From a bacterium (GTDB lineage Bacteria > Margulisbacteria > Marinamargulisbacteria > GCA-2716485 > JAYNIM01), in NCBI GenBank assembly GCA_038109055.1, contig JAYNIM010000003.1:20269-84268 (forward strand): a stretch of DNA of 64,000 nucleotides, written 5' to 3'. Within the stretch, counting starts at the first letter, position 1; each line of letters opens with the position of its first letter. Positions 1-8,548 of the stretch are shown one piece after another. The translations under genes and the position numbers were made by a program. The notes beneath the pieces are model-generated. The model ran no database searches. It had not been told where the DNA came from and saw only the letters and a program-made list of their open reading frames with translations.

Positions 1-73
1 CTATATTGACATAAGTCATATTACACATAGAATGATCTGATGTCTATATTGACATAAGTCATATTACACATAG
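1..73. repeat. Perfect 30-bp direct repeat (1-30, 44-73; 43-bp period) containing a sigma70-like promoter
   Basis: ctatattgacataagtcatattacacatag occurs twice. Copy 1 reads TTGACA(6-11)-N16-TAGAAT(28-33), and each copy has a TGAC-N4-GTCA dyad. The array may continue upstream of the window. Confidence 0.85.
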
Positions 74-201
74 GGGGTATTTTTATTGAAAGAACCAGAC
101 AATTAACGTCAAGGCCCCAGATTTCACCTACTTCAGGGACTTCTAATGTTCCTGGCCAAGCGGCAGCTGCCTTTTCTGCTAGAACAGCTGTTTCTCTTAA
201 A

Positions 202-466
202 GGTGACCTGTCGCACACTGTCTCACCCCGTGACATGTCAGGGTCTACTCCTACTGAGGTTGACCGGGAGTCCCCTGTCTCAATCCCTGACTTGCCAGGC
301 TCTAATTCTCCTGAGGGTGACCTGTCGCCCCCTGTCTCAATCCCTGACTTGCCAGGCTCTAATTCTCTTGAGGGTGTGCTGTCGCACACTATCTCACCCC
401 CTGATATTTCAGGGTCTACTCCTACTGAGGTTGACCGGGAGTCCCCTGTCTCAATCCCTGACTTGC
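202..466 (+). repeat. About 4.7 tandem 57-bp (19-aa) coding repeats
   Basis: Units start at 202, 259, 316, 373 and 430: GDLSHTVSPRDMSGSTPTE / VDRESPVSIPDLPGSNSPE / GDLSPPVSIPDLPGSNSLE / GVLSHTISPPDISGSTPTE / VDRESPVSIPDL. Confidence 0.9.
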
Positions 467-1359
467 TACGTACCCCCACTAGGCAAACTCAATTAAGTTC
501 TACCTTAAAACGTAGTGGTATCAAATGTGGCATTACCGCTGTTTTTACGGGATTATCTATCTTAGTAAAATCGGGTCCAGTTCGGCCTATTACGTCTATG
601 CTTTATCATGGATACACAGGTTTAAAAGATTGTAGACGATCACTTTTATTTTGTGAAACATCCTTAAAGGCTAATCCTCCACCAGATAACAAACAACAGC
701 TTGTTTTAAGTTCTGCTAAAAATATAGCTGCAAAACGTATACGTAACAAGAAAATTGCCATGGTTGCTGCGAGTATTTTGCTGACTATTGGTACCGCTTG
801 TTCTCCAGCTATTGGCTTGTGTGCGTATACTGCCTTTACACTTTTAGAGGTTTCTTGTCAGGTTAAAAGTGACAGTTCAGATTTTCTTAAAGCAGAAAAA
901 GCTAAGATACAGCTTCACAGTCATATGCTTACAGATGATATCCCCCACAATGAAGATGAAGATCTATATAAAGATGAAGATGTATATCAATATGTTTATG
1001 ATCAACTTACTAGATCAGATCTTAGCACAGAGAACAGAGATATTTTTCTTCCATTGTATCTAGATCTTGGCGAACCTATGCATGATTATGCCCTTAAACG
1101 CATGACTCAGGCTCTCTCTGTTGACACTCTTGCCTCTGAACAAACTGCTAATATTACATTTTGTGCACAGTTAAAATATGGGGATCATCCTTCTGAGGAT
1201 GATATTTTAGTCACAAAAGCGCATATCGCAGGGGTAAATTCTTTAAATGATGCTGAACGTACCCAATATAGTGCTATTACATCTAGTTTTACTCATTATC
1301 TTAAAAATGCTGTCGCTCTTTTTGTAGGCGCTTATGCTGAAATGGATCTCCCTAGTTGA
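235..1359 (+). CDS. Hypothetical protein with Ser/Pro-rich N-terminal repeats and hydrophobic segments; true start probably upstream
   Basis: 374-aa ORF. The frame is open from 58 and the first repeat unit begins before the ATG at 235. No family recognised. Confidence 0.7.
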   Translation: MSGSTPTEVDRESPVSIPDLPGSNSPEGDLSPPVSIPDLPGSNSLEGVLSHTISPPDISGSTPTEVDRESPVSIPDLLRTPTRQTQLSSTLKRSGIKCGITAVFTGLSILVKSGPVRPITSMLYHGYTGLKDCRRSLLFCETSLKANPPPDNKQQLVLSSAKNIAAKRIRNKKIAMVAASILLTIGTACSPAIGLCAYTAFTLLEVSCQVKSDSSDFLKAEKAKIQLHSHMLTDDIPHNEDEDLYKDEDVYQYVYDQLTRSDLSTENRDIFLPLYLDLGEPMHDYALKRMTQALSVDTLASEQTANITFCAQLKYGDHPSEDDILVTKAHIAGVNSLNDAERTQYSAITSSFTHYLKNAVALFVGAYAEMDLPS

Positions 1360-1510
1360 TATTGTTTTACAAAAGCCCATATCGCAGGGGAAAATTCTTT
1401 AGATGACACTCAACCTCTTCAATATAGGGCTATCACATCTAGGTTTACTCATTATGTTAAAAATACTATGGTTCTTTTTATAGCTACTTACACTGAGAGG
1501 CCCCTCCCTA
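1213..1510 (+). repeat. Diverged tandem duplication (156-bp period) of the orphan gene's 3' end
   Basis: 1213-1354 (TKAHIAGVNSLNDAERTQYSAITSSFTHYLKN...) aligns without gaps to 1369-1510 (TKAHIAGENSLDDTQPLQYRAITSRFTHYVKN...). Confidence 0.85.
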
Positions 1511-1561
1511 TCAGCTATAAGACCTTCTTAAACTATGTCACTATTTTTTATCGTAAGACGT

Positions 1562-3004
1562 TTATCCTCTGTTTGCTTTTTTTAAAATCAACTCTCTAAC
1601 TGCGTCAGGTTTAGCGCGCCCTTGGCTTTTTTTCATGACCTGACCCATTAAAAAATTGGCTGAATTATGTTTGCCGTTTTTGATTTTTTCAACCACATCG
1701 GGGTTTTCAGACATCACTTCTTGCACAATACTCTCTAATTCAGAGCTATCATTAATTTGCCCCCCACCCTTTAATAACTCTGCCAATGCTTTGCCCTCGA
1801 TTAACTGCGGTAAAAATTCTTTTGCCATTTTGCCAGATATATCACCCTTTTCTTGGGCCTGCAATAAGGCCATCAATTCAGCTGGCTTCAACTGTAACTG
1901 TTCAAAGCCTTGCACATCATTGGCTGCTTTACTGACATCGCCTAACACCCATTTGCTAATGGTATCACCTTTGACTCCATTGGCATGCCTTAAACATTGT
2001 TCAAAAAATTGGTTTAATGCCACATCAGCAACCAAGGTATAGGCATCTTGTTTTGATAGTTTAAGTATCTTTACATAGCGCTTCTTCTTTTCAAAAGGGT
2101 TTTCTTGCACTTGACCCGCCCACCTGTTGATTTGTTCATCACTTAATACAAGGGGTAATAAGTCAGGTTCTGGAAAATAACGATAGTCATGCGCTTCTTC
2201 TTTGCTGCGTAATACCGTTGTGCTCTGCGTTATATCGTCGTAGTTACGTGTTTCTTGATCAACGCTGCCACCAGAGTCCAAGATCTCTGTTTGACGTTCG
2301 ATTTCACTGTATACCGCCCGCACAATGGCTCGAAATGAGTTCACGTTTTTGATTTCTGTCCGCGTTCCAAATGCCTCTGTCCCTTTAGGCCTCAACGACA
2401 CATTAATATCCGCACGCAAATTTCCCTGCTGCATGTTGCCATTACACACACCTGCATGCACCAATATCAGACGTAAGGTTTCAACATAGGCTTTGGCTTC
2501 TTCTGCTGAGCGTATGTCTGGTTCGGACACGATTTCAATTAAAGGGGTTCCTGCTCGATTTAGATCTACCAATGAGCCACTCGATCCTTCAATCGCCTCT
2601 GCTCCTTGATGTACCAGCTTACCCGCATCTTCTTCCATATGGATCCGTGTGATACCAATACGTTTTGTGCTGTCTCCTACTTCAATATCGACATACCCCC
2701 CTAAACAAATAGGCAGATCAAACTGTGAGATCTGGTAGCCTTTCGGCAGATCAGGGTAAAAATAGTTTTTACGTGAAAAGACTGATTTTTTTTGAATCTT
2801 ACAATGTAGTGCTGTACCGGCCATGACGGCATATTCAACGGCCTTTTTATTTAACACTGGTAAGGTGCCCGGCAAGCCTAAGGTTAGGGGACAGGTATGT
2901 TCGTTCGCATTTTCACTCACACCACTTGGACAGGCTGTAAATAATTTAGTTTTAGTATTTAATTGAGCATGAACCTCTATGCCAATAACAACGTCATACT
3001 CCAT
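1562..3004 (-). CDS. gatB: Asp/Glu-tRNA amidotransferase subunit B
   Basis: MEYDVVIGIEVHAQL, RKNYFYPDLPKGYQISQ, HMEEDAGK, DYRYFPEPDL. Start moved to the ATG at 3004. Confidence 0.97.
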   Translation of the reverse strand: MEYDVVIGIEVHAQLNTKTKLFTACPSGVSENANEHTCPLTLGLPGTLPVLNKKAVEYAVMAGTALHCKIQKKSVFSRKNYFYPDLPKGYQISQFDLPICLGGYVDIEVGDSTKRIGITRIHMEEDAGKLVHQGAEAIEGSSGSLVDLNRAGTPLIEIVSEPDIRSAEEAKAYVETLRLILVHAGVCNGNMQQGNLRADINVSLRPKGTEAFGTRTEIKNVNSFRAIVRAVYSEIERQTEILDSGGSVDQETRNYDDITQSTTVLRSKEEAHDYRYFPEPDLLPLVLSDEQINRWAGQVQENPFEKKKRYVKILKLSKQDAYTLVADVALNQFFEQCLRHANGVKGDTISKWVLGDVSKAANDVQGFEQLQLKPAELMALLQAQEKGDISGKMAKEFLPQLIEGKALAELLKGGGQINDSSELESIVQEVMSENPDVVEKIKNGKHNSANFLMGQVMKKSQGRAKPDAVRELILKKANRG

Positions 3005-4442
3005 TTGGAATCTCCTTATGAAAATGGGTAAGTTGTTGATATAAATGCCCCGCTTGTAGCACACTTGTCTCATCAAATGCCTTAGCAATCAGCTGTAATC
3101 CCACGGGTAAGCCTTTGCTAAACCCACAGGGAATAGATAATGCCGGTAAGCCCGCCATATTAGCCGGAATCGTTGCTAGGTCACAGCGATACATGTCTAA
3201 GGGATTACTTTTTTCGCCTTTTTTGAAAGCGACCGAAGGGGTTGTCGGGCTCATGATAAGGTCGTAATCTGCAAATATGCGTGAAAAATCGTTTTTGATA
3301 TACGTACGCGCTTTTTGTGCTTTTAGGTAATAGGCATCATAATAACCGGCACTTAATACGAAGGTACCTAATAAAATGCGCCGTTGAACTTCTGGCCCAA
3401 AACCTTCTGAACGGCTTTTGATCATCATGTCTTTCAAGGTATCTGCGTGTTCACGACGTCCATACCTCACTCCGTCAAATCGAGCTAGGTTTGCTGATGC
3501 TTCCGCTGGGGCAATGATATAATACGTGGCAATTGACGCCTCCAATGACGGCATATCTACCTCTTCGATCACGGCACCTTGATTTTTGAAGGTATCGACT
3601 GCTTGCAAGACACAGTGTTTTACATCTTCATCAATCGTCTCTCCAATCAATTGTTTGGGTAAGGCAATTTTGAATTTTTTGGGAGGGGTTGCAAGACTGT
3701 TTACCCACTCTTGAATGGGCGCTTGGCTACTGGTAGCATCATTTACATCATGCCCACAAATGGCCTCCAAGACATAGGCAAGATCTTTAACAGATCGAGC
3801 AAAAGGACCTATTTGGTCTAGCGAAGAGGCAAATGCCACTAAGCCATAACGAGACACCCTCCCATAGGTGGGTTTTAAGCCCGAGACTCCACAAAAAGCC
3901 GCTGGTTGACGAATAGACCCCCCTGTATCAGATCCTAAAGAGATCGGGACTTGACCTGCCGCAACCGCTGCTGCAGACCCCCCTGATGAGCCGCCAGACA
4001 CACACTCTGTATTCCAGGGATTTGGCGTGGTAAAAAAGGCCGAATTTTCAGTGGATGACCCCATGGCAAATTCGTCTAGATTTAGCTTTGATACACACAC
4101 TCCCTTGTTTTTCTGAAGCTTTGTAATTACCGTGGCGTTGTAAGGGGATGTATAAGGTTCTAAAAACCTTGACCCACATGTTGTTTGGGTGTTTTTAATA
4201 CAAATATTATCTTTGATTCCTATTGGAATCCCTGCCAAAGCAGGAAGATCATCCCCTTTATCAAGGGCGGTATCAATCACCTGGGCTTGTTCTAATGCCT
4301 GATCTTTCAACACGGTGATACTGGTTTTGAAGTGTGCCTCTTGTTTGGTAATAGTTGCAAGGCTTTCTCGTACTAAGTCTGTGCTTTTTAGCTCACGGTT
4401 ACGCAGTTTTTTTTGTAGTTCATCTACGCTTGAAAATTGCAT
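2994..4442 (-). CDS. gatA: Asp/Glu-tRNA amidotransferase subunit A
   Basis: Amidase signature GGSSGGSAAAVAA, GSDTGGSIRQPA, RFDGVRYG. Start moved to the ATG at 4442. Confidence 0.97.
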   Translation of the reverse strand: MQFSSVDELQKKLRNRELKSTDLVRESLATITKQEAHFKTSITVLKDQALEQAQVIDTALDKGDDLPALAGIPIGIKDNICIKNTQTTCGSRFLEPYTSPYNATVITKLQKNKGVCVSKLNLDEFAMGSSTENSAFFTTPNPWNTECVSGGSSGGSAAAVAAGQVPISLGSDTGGSIRQPAAFCGVSGLKPTYGRVSRYGLVAFASSLDQIGPFARSVKDLAYVLEAICGHDVNDATSSQAPIQEWVNSLATPPKKFKIALPKQLIGETIDEDVKHCVLQAVDTFKNQGAVIEEVDMPSLEASIATYYIIAPAEASANLARFDGVRYGRREHADTLKDMMIKSRSEGFGPEVQRRILLGTFVLSAGYYDAYYLKAQKARTYIKNDFSRIFADYDLIMSPTTPSVAFKKGEKSNPLDMYRCDLATIPANMAGLPALSIPCGFSKGLPVGLQLIAKAFDETSVLQAGHLYQQLTHFHKEIPNGV

Positions 4443-4447
4443 GTTCC

Positions 4448-4738
4448 TTACGCCTTTAATTGAGGAACCCAAAAGGCCCCTTCTTGCCAATCTGGCGCAT
4501 TCTCATCCATTAACAGGCCATGATGTTTAACTGGTTTATCTTCGCGCAAATAGAGTTCATTTTCAGCTGCATGACTGCTGGGTGCCAGGTGATTAATAGG
4601 CAATTTATTCAAAGTTTCCACATAGCCTAAGACATCATCAATACTCTTTTTCATTGCTTCTTTTTGATCTTCAGGAACCTCCAAATGCGCTAAGGTACAT
4701 GTTTTGTCAAAATCAAATGATTCGGTTGCCTTTTTCAT
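4448..4738 (-). CDS. gatC: Asp/Glu-tRNA amidotransferase subunit C
   Basis: LAHLEV...LREDKP...NAPD...FWVP pattern, directly upstream of gatA. Confidence 0.9.
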   Translation of the reverse strand: MKKATESFDFDKTCTLAHLEVPEDQKEAMKKSIDDVLGYVETLNKLPINHLAPSSHAAENELYLREDKPVKHHGLLMDENAPDWQEGAFWVPQLKA

Positions 4739-4745
4739 GAACAAA

Positions 4746-4774
4746 AGTGTAGCAAGTTTAACTAGGAGCGTCTA
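4746..4774 (-). promoter_or_regulatory. sigma70-like promoter of gatCAB (probably leaderless)
   Basis: TAGACG-N17-TACACT with extended TG, then 7 nt, then the ATG at 4738. Confidence 0.55.
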
Positions 4775-4901
4775 ATAGGTTTTTTGATTTTTAATGGGAA
4801 AGGCGCAAAAGTGGAAAAGACCCGCAGGTAATGGAGATCTTCTACCCATCTCTAGGGTATATATTGAGAAAAAGGCCTTCCTAAAAAAATATGCTGCTTT
4901 C

Positions 4902-5444
4902 TTAGGTTTCTATCAACCCTAACTCCCTATTATTCACGGGATAAATAACTGAAATTTTCTCTGTTCTCATATCCCGAAACACTAAAAAACTCAGAGCTTT
5001 TTCTTTTAGCAAGGCTGCTGCTTCTTCTACATCCATTGGTTTTTTGATGAAATGATCTGTCTCTGATTCTGTCATTAACTCATTTGAAGTAGCTGAATTT
5101 GTACCTACCCCTTTAAGTGCTCTACGTTTATCTATCTTTGTACGGCGATTCTGCATTTTTTCTTTATGTTTCTTCAACTGGATCTGTAATTTATCGTAAA
5201 TCATATCGACAACCGCGTAACTATCTCCAGCTCGTTCTTTGGCATGCAGCATAGCGCCAGATGCATAAACCGTGGCATTGGCTTCAAAGCGTTCGGTATT
5301 ACTCGATGAGTATGTTTCACTTAAATCAATGATTATCTCTTGGGTATTGTGAAAAAAATGATCTAATTTTTCAATTTTGGTATAAATATAATCCTTTAAC
5401 TTTGTTCCTAAGTCTATATCTTTTGATTTAACGATAATGTTCAT
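4902..5444 (-). CDS. hpf: Ribosome hibernation promoting factor, long form
   Basis: MNIIVKSKDIDL...KIEKL...QLKKHKEK plus C-terminal KPMDVEEAA...FLVF domain. AAGGAG lies 6 nt before the ATG at 5444. Confidence 0.9.
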   Translation of the reverse strand: MNIIVKSKDIDLGTKLKDYIYTKIEKLDHFFHNTQEIIIDLSETYSSSNTERFEANATVYASGAMLHAKERAGDSYAVVDMIYDKLQIQLKKHKEKMQNRRTKIDKRRALKGVGTNSATSNELMTESETDHFIKKPMDVEEAAALLKEKALSFLVFRDMRTEKISVIYPVNNRELGLIET

Positions 5445-5555
5445 GGTCATCTCCTTTTTTATTTTATAACTACTTATTTTAATACTACCCATTGTCGTGT
5501 TATTTTCAAACATGTTAGACTCTGTAAAAAAATAATAATACATAGGAATATTGAG

Positions 5556-6293
5556 ATGTCATTGAATGCTGTTGTCTTAGCTGCTGGAAAAGGGACTAGA
5601 ATGAATAGTCAGTCTTCAAAAATGCTATTATCCCTTGGTGGTCGACCATTATTGCATTATTTAATGGATACCTTATCAGACTTAAATAACTGCGATATCA
5701 CCTTAGTTTTGGGCTATCAGTCTGAAAAAATCGAGCAGTCATTGCAACATTATACCTTTGATAAAGTCTATCAAGATACACCCCTTGGTACTGGTCACGC
5801 TGTCCAACAGGCCTTTCCTGTACTGCGTAAACATCAACCTAACTATGTTTTGGTCTTACCAGGAGATAGTCCCTTTATCCAAAAAGAAACTCTTGAAAAA
5901 ATGTTAACGTTACATCAACGGATGCATGCTAAGGCGACTGTCCTTAGTGCTGTTTTAGATGATCCTGGTGCCTATGGTCGTATATTAAGAGACTCAAACA
6001 ATCAACTGATGGCTATTCGTGAATTTAAAGATTGCAGCAAAAAAGAAGCCGCAATCAATGAAATTAATTCGGGGATTTACCTATTTAATCTAGATGTTCT
6101 TTTATCTAACTTACCCCAATTGAAAAATGATAACGCCCAAAATGAATTCTACTTGCCAGATATTGTTGAATGCTTACATCAATCTGCTCAGGTTGTCGCC
6201 TCTTATTGTTTAAATGACCCTCAGGAAATTCTTGGGGTAAATACACCTGAAGACTTGGCCTTATTGCGGCGCTTGGTTCCTCATTTTTCGTAA
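5556..6293 (+). CDS. glmU: GlmU-like UDP-GlcNAc pyrophosphorylase, uridylyltransferase domain only
   Basis: LAAGKGTRM, LGTGHAV, YGRILRD, EINSGIY, NAQNEFYLPD, GVN. The ORF ends before any hexapeptide acetyltransferase domain. Confidence 0.85.
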   Translation: MSLNAVVLAAGKGTRMNSQSSKMLLSLGGRPLLHYLMDTLSDLNNCDITLVLGYQSEKIEQSLQHYTFDKVYQDTPLGTGHAVQQAFPVLRKHQPNYVLVLPGDSPFIQKETLEKMLTLHQRMHAKATVLSAVLDDPGAYGRILRDSNNQLMAIREFKDCSKKEAAINEINSGIYLFNLDVLLSNLPQLKNDNAQNEFYLPDIVECLHQSAQVVASYCLNDPQEILGVNTPEDLALLRRLVPHFS

Positions 6294-6398
6294 GTTATGT
6301 ATAATCTTCATTATATGTTTAGGCTCTTGTTTTGTATTTTTTTCCGTGTTATTATTTATGCCCTATATTGAAAAGTAACGTAGGCGTTTGGAGAGATT

Positions 6399-6734
6399 AT
6401 GAAGAATACATATGAACTTTATTTTATTATTAAATCGCACCTTGATAAGTCAGTGTATCAGGAAATTGAGAAAAATGTTCAGAAATGGATTGTAGATGGT
6501 AAAGGATCTATTTTACATTTTGAAGTTGAGGGTCTACGTCCGCTTGCAACCATGATAAAAAAACAAAAAGAAGGGTATTATATGCTTTGTCAGTTTGATA
6601 TCCCTGTAGATTCTTTGCCAGAACTTGAGCATAAGTTGCGTATTGATGAGTCTATTCTTCGATATATGATTGTGACTATAGATACTGTGCGTCCTCGTTT
6701 TAAGAAATCAGACTCTGTGGAGAGCGCAGCTTAA
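6399..6734 (+). CDS. rpsF: 30S ribosomal protein S6
   Basis: YELYFII...GLRPLA...IKK...EGYY...LRIDESILRYMI; first gene of the operon. Confidence 0.95.
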   Translation: MKNTYELYFIIKSHLDKSVYQEIEKNVQKWIVDGKGSILHFEVEGLRPLATMIKKQKEGYYMLCQFDIPVDSLPELEHKLRIDESILRYMIVTIDTVRPRFKKSDSVESAA

Positions 6735-6741
6735 ATTTTTT

Positions 6742-7242
6742 ATGTCAAGCTTAAATAAAATTTTATTACTTGGAACTATTGTCTCTGAGATTGAGCATAA
6801 AGAGTCTACGGATGGTCAGTCCTTGTCTAGGTTTACACTTTGTGTCTCTCGTCCAGAACGTCAGGATGGAGTGCCGTCAGGGGAGGATAATGTGCCTATT
6901 ATTGCTAAGGCAAATGCCTCCACCGTCTGTCAATCCCTTGCCAAAGGGGCCCTTTTGCAATTAGAAGGGCGTGTTTGTACGGGTCGCTCACAGTCAGAGG
7001 ATGGCTCTTTTACCTATTTTACTGAAGTTGAAGCGCTACAACTTACGCCATTGTCGTCTGTGTCTTTTAAACACGTTCCGGCGCAAGATCATCTTGATGC
7101 TCATACTGCTCCTGGACAAGCTTCTTTTAATGATTTAGGTGCTATTTTGGAGACTAAGGCCCCCGCTACTGACACCTTCTCTTTTGACACTAAAACAACC
7201 CCATCGGAGGAAGCGGAACTGGAAGAAACTGTTCCTTTTTAA
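6742..7242 (+). CDS. ssb: Divergent single-stranded DNA-binding protein with acidic C-terminal tail
   Basis: LNKILLLG...LAKGALLQLEGR...FTEVEA OB fold; ends EELEETVPF-like tail (AELEETVPF). Confidence 0.75.
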   Translation: MSSLNKILLLGTIVSEIEHKESTDGQSLSRFTLCVSRPERQDGVPSGEDNVPIIAKANASTVCQSLAKGALLQLEGRVCTGRSQSEDGSFTYFTEVEALQLTPLSSVSFKHVPAQDHLDAHTAPGQASFNDLGAILETKAPATDTFSFDTKTTPSEEAELEETVPF

Positions 7243-7245
7243 GCT

Positions 7246-7608
7246 ATGAATAAATGTTTTTTAATTGGTAGATTGGTTAAAGACCCGGATCAACGTGTGA
7301 CTGGTTCTGGTATATCGGTGACTTCGTTTTCTATTGCTGTTGATCGTATTAGAAAACGTGATGGACAGGAAGGTGTCACTGATTTTATTCGCGTGGTTAC
7401 TTGGCGACGATTGGCTGAAATTTGTGGTCAATATTTAAAAAAAGGAAAGCTTATTTGTATCGAAGGGCGCTTGCAGTTTGATCACTATATGAAAGAAGAC
7501 AAACGTATTGAGCGCGCAGAAGTTGTAGCAGATACTATGCAAATGCTGGATCGTGGCTTGGCTGAAGCCGTAGATACAGCTCAGGCAGCAACGGCGGGAT
7601 CATTTTAA
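7246..7608 (+). CDS. ssb: Single-stranded DNA-binding protein, canonical OB fold, short tail
   Basis: MNKCFLIGRLVKDP...FSIAVDR...DFIRVVTWRRLAE...YLKKGKLICIEGRL...EVVAD. Confidence 0.92.
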   Translation: MNKCFLIGRLVKDPDQRVTGSGISVTSFSIAVDRIRKRDGQEGVTDFIRVVTWRRLAEICGQYLKKGKLICIEGRLQFDHYMKEDKRIERAEVVADTMQMLDRGLAEAVDTAQAATAGSF

Positions 7609-7621
7609 CGGAGGTATTTAC

Positions 7622-7861
7622 ATGGAACAGCAACAAACTAATAAAAAACGATTTAAACAAAAACGACCTTGTCCCCTAAAATCTAAGTTAATTTCATATT
7701 TAGATTATAAGGATGTTGACAGTTATAAACGCTATATTACAGATAGAGGTAAAATTGCCCCACGTCGCAATACTGTGGTAAGTGCAAAATTTCAACGCTA
7801 TATTTCAAGGGCAATTAAGCGCGCTCGTATTATGTGCTTAATCCCCTATGAAATTTCGTAA
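7622..7861 (+). CDS. rpsR: 30S ribosomal protein S18
   Basis: DYKDV...YITDRGKIAPRR...QR...AIKRAR...LIPY. Confidence 0.97.
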   Translation: MEQQQTNKKRFKQKRPCPLKSKLISYLDYKDVDSYKRYITDRGKIAPRRNTVVSAKFQRYISRAIKRARIMCLIPYEIS

Positions 7862-7872
7862 CGGAGCCTCCT

Positions 7873-8493
7873 ATGACTACAACAGTTGAAATTGTATTTT
7901 TGGAAAGCAAACCTGGATATTATGACAAAGGTCAGCTTAAGGCCGTCAAAGCAGGTTATTTTAATAACTACTTAAAACCAAAGGGTATTGCTCAGTTACG
8001 CTCACTCGTTGATCTTTCATTATTTTCTTCATTGCAGAAACATTACGATACAAAACAAGCTGAGCTTAAAGCTAAAGCTGATGATTACGCAAAAACATTG
8101 TCTAACGCTACTTTTGTGCTTACGGCTAAATGTCAGGACAGAGGTACTTTATATGGCTCTGTTTCAACAAAAGATGTTATCTCCTTGATTAAAAAGAAGG
8201 GGCAGTATGATCTTACTCCTGAACACATCTTTTTAAGTAAAAAAAACATTAAAGAAATTGGTCAGTATAGCTTTTCTATACGTTTGCATGCAGACACACC
8301 TATTTTTTGCACACTCAGTGTCTTGCCTGAAGAAAGTAAAAAAAGTAAAAAGGTTGCAACTCCTTTGAAAAAGATTTCACGGCCTGTGGGTCAATCGCCA
8401 AATAAAGATGTATCTGCGTCCATTACTGCTACCAAAGATGCTGAAAAATCTGACTCAACTGATGATGATCTTGTATCTAAAGACTCTGAGTAA
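7873..8493 (+). CDS. rplI: 50S ribosomal protein L9 with C-terminal extension
   Basis: VKAGYFNNYL.PKG.A, LYGSVSTKD, IKEIG...IRLH. Confidence 0.93.
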   Translation: MTTTVEIVFLESKPGYYDKGQLKAVKAGYFNNYLKPKGIAQLRSLVDLSLFSSLQKHYDTKQAELKAKADDYAKTLSNATFVLTAKCQDRGTLYGSVSTKDVISLIKKKGQYDLTPEHIFLSKKNIKEIGQYSFSIRLHADTPIFCTLSVLPEESKKSKKVATPLKKISRPVGQSPNKDVSASITATKDAEKSDSTDDDLVSKDSE

Positions 8494-8548
8494 GCCTCCC
8501 TTTTTTTACCTTTCTTTCAGTAGTTAAAAACGAGCATGCTGGGGATGC

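Noticed and set aside
1..466. CRISPR array in the 30-bp or 57-bp repeats
   Set aside because: There are only two 30-bp copies with a 13-bp gap, the 57-bp units are contiguous coding repeats without unique spacers, and no cas genes are present.
1357..1359. Genome-wide TGA recoding (code 4/25)
   Set aside because: TGA ends conserved genes (addA, rpsB, hisG) at the expected places, and conserved genes are uninterrupted under code 11.
1213..1510. Diversity-generating retroelement VR/TR pair
   Set aside because: Mismatches are not confined to adenines in either copy, and there is no reverse transcriptase in the window.
7240..7246. Deinococcus-like two-OB-fold SSB broken by a sequencing error
   Set aside because: The acidic PF tail would lie in the middle of the fusion, and each half has its own natural terminus.
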